Shown here in pieces: positions 57,223 to 64,000 of a stretch of DNA of 64,000 nucleotides. The position numbers and the translations under genes were made by a program. Source of the DNA: Armatimonadota bacterium (GTDB lineage: Bacteria; Armatimonadota; UBA5829; DTLH01); the NCBI GenBank assembly GCA_029551395.1, contig JAKPFN010000089.1, forward strand, positions 6,045-70,044, in the 5' to 3' direction. The notes below the pieces were generated by a model. It saw nothing but the letters and a program-made list of their open reading frames with translations. It did no database searches and had not been told where the DNA came from. How positions within the stretch are numbered: position 1 is the stretch's first letter; the number at the start of each line of letters is the position of its first letter.

Positions 57223-58229
57223 TCCCGGAACTTGGGATTGATCTGGGAACTGCTAATATTGTCGTTTTTCTTAAAGGCAAAGGAATAGTCCTCCGCGAAC
57301 CGAGTGTGGTTGCCATGTCCACGGTAACCAAAAAAGTCCTCGCTGTTGGTGAGGAAGCTCGCTTGATGATAGGCCGTACCCCAGGTAACATCATTGCTAT
57401 CCGCCCAATGAGTGAGGGCGTAATCGCCGATTACACCACTACGCAGAAGATGCTCGAATACCTTATTGGCAAAGTATGCGGTCGGAAGCGCATGTTCAAG
57501 CCTAAGGTGCTTGTGTGCGTACCGTCCGGGGTGACGAGTGTCGAAAAGCGCGCAGTCATTCAAGCCGCCAGAAGCGCCGGGGCAGGGGAGGCTTATCCCA
57601 TAGAAGAACCTATGGCTGCAGCCATCGGGGCAGGACTCCCTATATCGACTCCTGGCGGGAATATGGTAGTTGATATCGGTGGAGGAACGACGGATATTGC
57701 CGTTATTTCACTTGGTGGAATAGTCGTTTCGCGGTCAATCAGGCTTGGCAGCAACAAGATGGACGAAGTCATCGCCAGACATGTTAAGAATAAGTATAAC
57801 CTGATGATAGGTGAGCGGACGGCAGAGGAAATCAAAGTCAAAATAGGTTCAGCCTATCCGCTGCAGACGGAGATGACGCTTGAGGTCAGAGGCCGGGATA
57901 TGGTTGCCGGACTGCCTAAGACCGTTGAAGTAACATCAGAAGAAATCAGGGTCGCGCTCTCTGAGCCAGTGAGCATGATTATTGACCGGGTGAAGCATGT
58001 ACTGGAGTTGACCCCACCGGAGTTGTCATCGGACATAATAGAACGGGGCATGATGCTTACAGGTGGCGGAGCGCTGCTGCGCGGTCTGGACAGACTGCTT
58101 GCGATAGAGACCAATATACCAATACATATAGCTGAGGACCCGCTTTCATGCGTGGCGCTTGGCACGGGCAAGGGACTCGATGGGTATGATGAGATACGTG
58201 ATAACTTCACGTTGACCGGAGTCGAGTAA
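57210..58229 (+). CDS. mreB: Rod shape-determining protein MreB
   Basis: '[27 protein letters not shown]', '[21 protein letters not shown]', '[15 protein letters not shown]' are actin-like ATPase motifs. 339 aa. Overlaps the murA 3' end. Confidence 0.9.
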   Translation: MFSLVPELGIDLGTANIVVFLKGKGIVLREPSVVAMSTVTKKVLAVGEEARLMIGRTPGNIIAIRPMSEGVIADYTTTQKMLEYLIGKVCGRKRMFKPKVLVCVPSGVTSVEKRAVIQAARSAGAGEAYPIEEPMAAAIGAGLPISTPGGNMVVDIGGGTTDIAVISLGGIVVSRSIRLGSNKMDEVIARHVKNKYNLMIGERTAEEIKVKIGSAYPLQTEMTLEVRGRDMVAGLPKTVEVTSEEIRVALSEPVSMIIDRVKHVLELTPPELSSDIIERGMMLTGGGALLRGLDRLLAIETNIPIHIAEDPLSCVALGTGKGLDGYDEIRDNFTLTGVE

Positions 58230-58237
58230 CCTTTGGT

Positions 58238-58735
58238 ATGAAATATCTGCTGTTGGTGGTTGGAATAATCGGGATTGGCGCGTTGTGTTTCGCTGCAGGC
58301 GAAAAAGTTGGCATCGCGCGATTTTCTGATGTACCTGCTGACCATTGGGCAGCCGATGCAGTTACCGAACTTGCTGATCAGGGCGTTCTTCAAGGCTATC
58401 CAGATGGAACATTCAATGGAGAACGGGCTGTAACCCGGTATGAACTTGCGGTAACGCTTGCGCGGTTTGCAGAGTTTATGAATGCGGGTAGAAATCCATT
58501 AGTTCAGCCTGATAGCACAAAGTCCGGATCGATTATACCGGAGGAGTGTCCATCTTGGGCACAGGACTCCGTCTTATTTTTATCGGAGAACTCAATATTG
58601 CCAGTGGATTCTCCGATAATAACGGACGGTAAGAAGTTTGCGACTGGTGAGGACGTCGCTCAGTCGCTTTCATCATTGGCAGCACGGTTCATAGAGCTGG
58701 AAGTTGCCGATCCCGGGCCTGAGGATATTGAATAG
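58238..58735 (+). CDS. S-layer homology (SLH) domain protein
   Basis: 'FSDVPADHWAADAVTELADQGVLQGYPDGTFNGERAVTRYELAVTLARF' is a canonical SLH motif. N-terminal signal/TM. 165 aa. Confidence 0.7.
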   Translation: MKYLLLVVGIIGIGALCFAAGEKVGIARFSDVPADHWAADAVTELADQGVLQGYPDGTFNGERAVTRYELAVTLARFAEFMNAGRNPLVQPDSTKSGSIIPEECPSWAQDSVLFLSENSILPVDSPIITDGKKFATGEDVAQSLSSLAARFIELEVADPGPEDIE

Positions 58736-59091
58736 TGTTTCCTGGCCTGACTGAAGGAATCGGGAAGATGGCAATTACAACATCTCAGACAACTGAAGAG
58801 GTTGTGGTCAAGGTTATAGGGGATCTGGACCTTACGACTGTTGGTGAATTTCAAGCAGTTGTTGATAAGGCGTTGGATGCCAAAGATAACCGACGGCTGG
58901 TTATTGACCTGAGAGAGACGGATTACATCGATTCGGCAGGTTTGGAACAGCTTTTGGTCGTGAACCGGAAGTTGATACCAAAAGGCGACCGCATTCTTGT
59001 GCGAGTTGAGCCTGGTAAACAGCCGCAGTCGGTGCTTTCCATAACCGGATTTGGCGCCGTAATGGATATCGAACCTCTGCCGGGAACTTAG
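58735..59091 (+). CDS. STAS domain anti-sigma factor antagonist (SpoIIAA-like)
   Basis: 'VVKVIGDLDLTTVGEFQAVVDKAL...RLVIDLRETDYIDSAGLEQLLVVNRKL' is the STAS fold with the conserved phospho-acceptor region 'DSAGL'. The likely start is Met 'MAITTSQ'. Confidence 0.75.
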   Translation: MFPGLTEGIGKMAITTSQTTEEVVVKVIGDLDLTTVGEFQAVVDKALDAKDNRRLVIDLRETDYIDSAGLEQLLVVNRKLIPKGDRILVRVEPGKQPQSVLSITGFGAVMDIEPLPGT

Positions 59092-59126
59092 TGATAACTA
59101 AAACTCGATTTATGTTTATATAATAA

Positions 59127-59156
59127 GAAGACCGACCATATAAAGGCCGGTCTTTT
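59127..59156. terminator. Bidirectional terminator hairpin between the convergent STAS gene (+) and hemL (-)
   Basis: 'AAGACCGACC-ATATAAA-GGCCGGTCTT' flanked by A/T runs on both sides ('TTTTAGTTTATTT'). Confidence 0.55.
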
Positions 59157-59159
59157 AGT

Positions 59160-60464
59160 TTATTTCATCTCAGCAAATACTTCTTTTGCCGCTGCCAGCG
59201 TAGAGTCTGTATCATCGGCGCTGTGAGCAGTTGATACAAATGCTGCCTCAAACTGCGATGGTGCAAAGTAGAACCCCCGTTCCAGCATCCCGTTGAAAAA
59301 TGCTGCATAGCGCGATGTATTCGATTTCTTAGCTGATGCGTAGTCCGTTACATCAGAAGATGTAAAGAAAATGGTAGACATCGAACCTATCTGATTGCCA
59401 TGCGTCTGGACACCAGCAGATGCTGCTGCATCGAGCAGTCCAAGAGCCAGTCTTTTGCCTTTTTCCTCAAGCTGTTCATAGACGCCAGGTTCCTTCAGCA
59501 TTTTGAGTGTTTCAATGCCTGCTGCAACGGCAAGAGGATTGCCGGAGAGCGTTCCGGCCTGATACACAGGTCCTGACGGGGCTACAAACTCCATAATATC
59601 TTTTCTGCCGCCGTAAGCGCCCATCGGAAGCCCACCGCCTATGATTTTACCCATCGTAGTCAGGTCTGGAATAACTCCCAGCCGTTCCTGCGCTCCACCA
59701 TAAGCGAGCCTGAAGCCTGTAATGACTTCATCGAAGATAAGCACGATGCCGTTGTCATCCGCAATCTGCCGTAGAGCTTCCAAAAACCCCTGTTTCGGCA
59801 ATACTACGCCCATATTTCCTGCTACAGGCTCTACTATGATGCACGCTGTATTTTTACTATGAAGTGCAACGGCTGCACGGACTGCTTCTATGTTGTTATA
59901 GGGGACTGTTATGGTATCTATGGTCAGATTAGGAGGCACACCAGCGCTGTCCGGCATACCGAGAGTGGCAATACCTGATCCGGCTTTTGCTAAGAGGCTG
60001 TCGCTGTGACCGTGATAGCAGCCTTCGAATTTGATGATCTTATCGCGCCTGGTAAACCCTCGCGCAAGTCTGATGGCGCTCATTACGGCTTCTGTGCCGG
60101 AACTGACCAGCCTGACCATCTCGACTGACGGGACAGCATCTACAATCATTTCTGCTAGCGTCACCTCAGCGGCAGTTGCGGCTCCAAACGTGGTCCCGGT
60201 CTCTGCAGCAGCTTTGATTGCGGTGACAATCCGGGGATGAGCGTGCCCGAAGATGAGCGGCCCCCATGAACAAACATAATCAACATACGAATTGCCGTCT
60301 TCGTCGACGATCCTCGAGCCATGACCTTCTTTTATAAAAGCAGGTTGGCTGCCAACGGACTTAAACGCGCGAACCGGGCTGTTAACCCCACCCGGAATGA
60401 GTTTCTCTGCTTTCTCGAATAGTATTTTTGAGTTTGATATATCCAATTGTTTCACCAGGGGCAA
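59160..60464 (-). CDS. hemL: Glutamate-1-semialdehyde 2,1-aminomutase
   Basis: 434 aa class-III aminotransferase with 'FDEVITGFR' and 'YGGRKDIMEFVAPSGPVYQAGTLSGNPLAVAAG', typical of HemL. Confidence 0.9.
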   Translation of the reverse strand: MPLVKQLDISNSKILFEKAEKLIPGGVNSPVRAFKSVGSQPAFIKEGHGSRIVDEDGNSYVDYVCSWGPLIFGHAHPRIVTAIKAAAETGTTFGAATAAEVTLAEMIVDAVPSVEMVRLVSSGTEAVMSAIRLARGFTRRDKIIKFEGCYHGHSDSLLAKAGSGIATLGMPDSAGVPPNLTIDTITVPYNNIEAVRAAVALHSKNTACIIVEPVAGNMGVVLPKQGFLEALRQIADDNGIVLIFDEVITGFRLAYGGAQERLGVIPDLTTMGKIIGGGLPMGAYGGRKDIMEFVAPSGPVYQAGTLSGNPLAVAAGIETLKMLKEPGVYEQLEEKGKRLALGLLDAAASAGVQTHGNQIGSMSTIFFTSSDVTDYASAKKSNTSRYAAFFNGMLERGFYFAPSQFEAAFVSTAHSADDTDSTLAAAKEVFAEMK

Positions 60465-60502
60465 GTATAACAGCGCCCCGAAACCAGTGTCAAACGCAGG
60501 GA

Positions 60503-60640
60503 AGTTACGAGTGATGAGTGATGAGTAACGAGTAGGGGACTTGGCTCAAAATAACAAAGTAACGAACCGTTTCTACTTAACAGCCACTCATACCTCATAC
60601 CCAAGATTCCGCATTCCGCACTCCGAACTCCGCATTTAAA
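60503..60640 (+). repeat. Copy of the dispersed intergenic repeat element (GTTACGAGTGATGAGTGATGAGTAACGAG ... CCACTCATACCTCATACCC ... ATTCCGCATTCCGCACTCCGAACTCCGC)
   Basis: Direct sequence match to arms of the 28606..28966 element and to the reverse-oriented copy at 22120..22250. Confidence 0.75.
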
Positions 60641-60704
60641 CGCTCTAAGTGGGGTATAATAGACTCATCTTTTAAAAGCTTTTGATTCTACCTGGAGGCA
60701 TAAA

Positions 60705-60923
60705 TTGATTGATTTGGATCAGGAGTTCTTCGAAATACAGCGTGCTGTGGCGCATCTTGACCTTGGGCTGAAGGCTTATCGGGCTGCAACGCAGGATCAG
60801 ATAGATGCATCCCGGCTTCTTGAATCCATCAAAACCGAACTCGATAAGCTGGTTGAGAGCGCTCAAGCTGCACGAGATAAGGTCCATTCCAGCCTGAGCG
60901 AACCGATAAAGGCTGAAGGATAA
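60705..60923 (+). CDS. Small hypothetical helical protein (72 aa)
   Basis: ORF with a plausible RBS context ('GGAGGCATAAATTG'). Predicted all-helical. No motif. Confidence 0.3.
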   Translation: MIDLDQEFFEIQRAVAHLDLGLKAYRAATQDQIDASRLLESIKTELDKLVESAQAARDKVHSSLSEPIKAEG

Positions 60924-60933
60924 ACAGACTGCG

Positions 60934-61581
60934 ATGCAAATAATCGCTGTGAGCGATATGCACGGCGATCTCAGAACCGTCAAAGAACTGGTATCGAAAT
61001 TCAACCCGGATATGCTGCTTTGCTGTGGCGACTGGGGTAATCCAGGTGAAGTCCACAGTGATGATATCTCGTGGCTTGTCCAGCAGACTCATGTGCTGAC
61101 GGTATTCGGCAATCATGATGACATCTCTCTGCTTTCCAGCCTTCATAACCGGGATGGTTCGCCGATTCTGCTCCAAAACGGCGAGGTCAGGCAGGCAGGT
61201 CAGATAACGATTACCGGGATCAACGGTATATGGGCCAAATCTCATCGCCAGCCCTGGTATATAACTGATGAGGAAGTTGTGGATGCTGCCGAAAAAGCGG
61301 GACATACAGATATTTTCATCACCCACGGATGTGCCATAGGGCTTGCAGACCTGTTCCCCTGGGGCAGACGCGGCGGACAGAGGTGTTTTCTGGATGCTTT
61401 CAAGTTAATCCAGCCAAATGTGTACATCTGTGGACACCTGCACGTCCAGCAAATCAAACAACTAAAGGATGGCCGCACGGCAGCAAATGTTGGCAATACT
61501 GCTCAAGGTGAATACCTGTCAATCGAGACCAATTCCGGGCATTGGACAGTTAAGGTAAGGAAGTTGGGGGAAGAAGAGTGA
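60934..61581 (+). CDS. Metallophosphoesterase (calcineurin-like phosphoesterase)
   Basis: 'IIAVSDMHGDL', 'CCGDWGN', 'GNHD', 'ITHGCAIG', 'CGHLH' are the five metallophosphatase motifs. 215 aa. Confidence 0.8.
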   Translation: MQIIAVSDMHGDLRTVKELVSKFNPDMLLCCGDWGNPGEVHSDDISWLVQQTHVLTVFGNHDDISLLSSLHNRDGSPILLQNGEVRQAGQITITGINGIWAKSHRQPWYITDEEVVDAAEKAGHTDIFITHGCAIGLADLFPWGRRGGQRCFLDAFKLIQPNVYICGHLHVQQIKQLKDGRTAANVGNTAQGEYLSIETNSGHWTVKVRKLGEEE

Positions 61582-61611
61582 AAAACACTCATCTCCCCTT
61601 ATTATTCGGAG

Positions 61612-62259
61612 TTAAAACATTCTTGGAGACCAACTAAGGTTAAACATATAACCGTCTCTGCTAGCTCCAGAGTTGTTGCGTATGTAGCCAGCTGCTAATT
61701 CCAAGTTGTTCCTAAGGTGTATTACTAATCCGATGCTGGCAGCGTTTTCATCTCCTGCTGTGTAATCAGCTTGTAGAGTCAAGTGTTTGCTGAGGCTTCT
61801 ATCGTAGCCTAACATCGGCCTGATATGGTCTTCTGTGTCGATAAATCCCGCATGGAGTCTTCCGAGTCCCATTGGAATACAACCAACGATATACGGTTGA
61901 GAATCTTCTCCGCTTCGGATGTTTTGTATGCCCAATGCAACAATTGGTGTACCTTCATGCCATGCTATAGCCGATTTTATATTCCACACACCAATAGAGG
62001 TCCCATTGTCCATTACATCGTAACCTATCTCGATTCCGCTTAACAACCCAAACTGCAGTTGAAAAGCAGTCTCTGTATTATCTGCATCGGGTTTGGAACA
62101 TGCTATACACTTAGATGCTATGCCCCGATCGAGCACATCAGCAGTCGGGATAATCAGAAGTCCCGAAGGAGCCGCACATACTGATGCAACTGTAAGCAGA
62201 AACACGATCAAATTGATTTTGATGTACAACACAATTATCCCCCTTAGTGTTATATTCAC
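61612..62259 (-). CDS. Secreted hypothetical protein (possible small outer-membrane beta-barrel)
   Basis: Signal peptide 'IVFLLTVASVCAAPSG'. 215 aa. Alternating beta-strand pattern. C-terminal aromatic residue 'F'. Confidence 0.35.
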   Translation of the reverse strand: MNITLRGIIVLYIKINLIVFLLTVASVCAAPSGLLIIPTADVLDRGIASKCIACSKPDADNTETAFQLQFGLLSGIEIGYDVMDNGTSIGVWNIKSAIAWHEGTPIVALGIQNIRSGEDSQPYIVGCIPMGLGRLHAGFIDTEDHIRPMLGYDRSLSKHLTLQADYTAGDENAASIGLVIHLRNNLELAAGYIRNNSGASRDGYMFNLSWSPRMF

Positions 62260-62423
62260 ATTGCATGACAGTAAGTATCAGTATCAGACCTTAGGGACTA
62301 CATATATCTATGATTCCCTTCAATGAGATACCATATACCTACCATGCATAATGTTAGATCGTGGTACTAATTCTACACTTCGTGCTACTAATCCTGCTTT
62401 ATTTAAGGAAAATATTAGTGTAG

Positions 62424-62466
62424 GCAAAAAATAAAAACGCACCGACAGAGTAATCCATCGGTGCGT
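62424..62466 (-). terminator. Rho-independent terminator downstream of prfA (minus strand)
   Basis: Stem 'ACGCACCG'/'CGGTGCGT' with a 14-nt loop. On the minus strand it is followed by 'TTTTTATTTTTT'. Confidence 0.65.
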
Positions 62467-62489
62467 TGTGGAATCGGTCTTAAGAAGTC

Positions 62490-63572
62490 TTATTCGCCGT
62501 TGTCGCTGCCTGCAGCCTGGAGCCGGTCGGCCTGGTCTGCGCTTATCAGGTGATCTATCATCTCCTGTATGTCGCCATCCATGTAAGTGTCCAACCGGTA
62601 GAGGCTGAAGTTGACCCGGTGGTCGGTGACTCGGCCCTGCGGGAAGTTATATGTCCTGCTTTTGTCGCTTCTATCACCGGAGCGGACCATAAGCCTTCTG
62701 GCAGAGGTTTCCTTTTCCTGCTGAAGCTGCCGTTCACGCTCAAGCAGGTGAGAGCGGAGCATCATCATCGCCCGTTCTTTGTTCTGCAGTTGAGAACGCT
62801 CATCCTGGCACTGCACCACAATACCTGTAGGCTTGTGAGTGATTCTGACAGCGGTTTCGTTCTTCTGAACGTTCTGACCGCCTGCACTCGATGACCTGTA
62901 GGTGTCTATCTCAAGGTCATCCGGATTGATTTGAACGTCTATCTCTTCTGCTTCAGGCATAACAGCGACCGTAGCAGCAGATGTGTGTATGCGCCCGCTG
63001 GATTCTGTCGCAGGCACTCGCTGGACTCGATGCACGCCCGATTCAAACTTGAGTGCGCTGTAAGCGCCGCGGCCTTTGATTAGGAGCACTGCCTCTTTGT
63101 AACCGCCTATACCGTTAGTTGTGGCAGACAGCAGTTCAGCCGACCAACCGCGCCGTTCTGCATAACGCTCATACATTCTCAAAAGGTCGCCTGCAAAGAG
63201 TGCGGCTTCGTCACCGCCTGTTCCGGCTCGGATCTCCATAATAACATTCTTCTCGTCATTCGGGTCCTTCGGCAGGAGCATGACTTTCAACTCCTGCTCT
63301 AGTCCGGGCAGTTGCTCTTTGAGGTCATCCAGCTCAGATTGCGCCAGACGCCGCATTTCGTCATCGAGCGGCTCGCCCAGCAGTTCTTCCGTATCGCGGA
63401 TTTGCTTTCGAATATTTTTATATTCTCTATATTTAGCTACTATCTCGGACAAGTCGGAATGCGCCTTGGCAATGCGTTGATATTCACGAGGGTCGGATGT
63501 AACATCCGGCTCGCTCAACTTAACGCCAAGGTCATCGTACCTGTCTTCAACTTCCTGTAGTTTCTCAAACAT
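62490..63572 (-). CDS. prfA: Peptide chain release factor 1
   Basis: '[22 protein letters not shown]' (PxT anticodon-like tripeptide of RF1), '[45 protein letters not shown]' (GGQ motif). 360 aa. Confidence 0.9.
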   Translation of the reverse strand: MFEKLQEVEDRYDDLGVKLSEPDVTSDPREYQRIAKAHSDLSEIVAKYREYKNIRKQIRDTEELLGEPLDDEMRRLAQSELDDLKEQLPGLEQELKVMLLPKDPNDEKNVIMEIRAGTGGDEAALFAGDLLRMYERYAERRGWSAELLSATTNGIGGYKEAVLLIKGRGAYSALKFESGVHRVQRVPATESSGRIHTSAATVAVMPEAEEIDVQINPDDLEIDTYRSSSAGGQNVQKNETAVRITHKPTGIVVQCQDERSQLQNKERAMMMLRSHLLERERQLQQEKETSARRLMVRSGDRSDKSRTYNFPQGRVTDHRVNFSLYRLDTYMDGDIQEMIDHLISADQADRLQAAGSDNGE

Positions 63573-63620
63573 TTTAACCTATGAATAACGAGCTGCGAGC
63601 GGATATGAATCTGTCGGACA

Positions 63621-64000
63621 TCAGGTTGTTTCCACCTGCTGTTCGCTGCTCGTTTCAGCCTCCTCCTCTGCCTGACGCACGCTTTGGAACGATACAAGAG
63701 CCACCTCTACCATCTCATCCGTTGGTTCCTGCGTTGTGACCCGCTGCAAGAGAAGCCCAGGAGTGAGGATAAGCCTCATTAACGTCGAGTTCTTCCTGCT
63801 GCCTGCGAATTTGATTACTTCATAAGCTATGGCAGCCACAACCGGCAAAAGCGGGAGTTTGTAGGCAAACCTCTGCCATGTTCCTTCCCAGGGCAATGCT
63901 GAGAACACAACAATGCTTACCAGGATGACAACAAGCAGAAAACTTGTTCCGCATCTCACATGGACCGTCGTGTGTTTTTGAATATTCTCGACGGTCATCT
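63621..64000 (-). CDS. Hypothetical membrane protein, C-terminal part (gene start lies beyond the window end)
   Basis: The ORF runs to the window edge. Hydrophobic segments 'SFLLVVILVSIVVFSAL' and 'LLPVVAAIAYEVIKFA'. Possibly a DUF1385-type protein as often found next to prfA, but unverified. Confidence 0.3.
   Translation of the reverse strand, partial: MTVENIQKHTTVHVRCGTSFLLVVILVSIVVFSALPWEGTWQRFAYKLPLLPVVAAIAYEVIKFAGSRKNSTLMRLILTPGLLLQRVTTQEPTDEMVEVALVSFQSVRQAEEEAETSSEQQVETT

Noticed and set aside
1-64000. tRNA, rRNA, tmRNA, RNase P or SRP RNA genes
   Set aside because: Scanned both strands for T-loop (GGTTCGAATCC/GGTTCAAATCC-like) and other hallmark motifs and found none. tRNAscan-SE or Infernal would be needed to exclude them formally.

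Overview
This window reads as a 64 kb chromosomal segment from a bacterium that is rich in prepilin-type DUF1559 ('H-X9-DG') proteins. That points to a PVC-superphylum or Armatimonadetes-like organism, but this is inference only. It is moderately GC-rich and carries about 45 genes on both strands.

Recognisable content, in order along the window:
- phosphonate/phosphite ABC transporter (phnD-phnC-phnE, with an unusual N-terminal extension on PhnE), a NUDIX hydrolase, a U32 peptidase, and two histidine-degradation enzymes (imidazolonepropionase hutI and a formimidoyltransferase-cyclodeaminase)
- a TerC/Alx membrane protein preceded by a yybP-ykoY-type Mn2+ riboswitch
- three DUF1559 pseudopilin-like paralogs
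- K+ uptake trkA/trkH, a CPA2 antiporter and a DAHP synthase
- an addB-addA helicase-nuclease operon
- an SDR oxidoreductase, a GH35 beta-galactosidase and a BON protein
- alkaline phosphatase and a GH78 alpha-rhamnosidase-like protein with a long Arg/Lys/Glu-rich disordered tail
- murA-mreB, an SLH protein and a STAS anti-sigma antagonist
- hemL, a metallophosphoesterase and prfA

The most striking thing is a roughly 7 kb cassette at about 40.75-48.06 kb. It is bounded by about 200 bp imperfect inverted repeats that are themselves built from TTTGCAAA-centred palindromes. Inside is a four-gene operon for a NuoE-like subunit, a single 1050-aa fusion of a NuoF-like NADH/FMN module with a GltD-like FAD/NAD(P)H module, a HydA/NuoG-N-terminal-type Fe-S ferredoxin, and a stand-alone GltB FMN 'domain 2' subunit with no amidotransferase domain. 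From domain content alone I read this as a candidate flavin-based electron-bifurcating glutamate-synthase-like oxidoreductase, and I do not recognise it as a described system.

The window is also seeded with at least two families of short dispersed palindromic repeats: GTTACGAGTGATGAG / ATTCCGCACTCC and a GGATATCC...CCGGATGGATATCCGG hairpin. The second family forms a tandem array around a small hypothetical gene.

No rRNA, tRNA or cas genes were found. Sub-gene coordinates such as terminators and repeats were read by eye and may be off by a few nt; I noticed a 1-nt disagreement between my reading and the ORF track near 45.4-45.7 kb.
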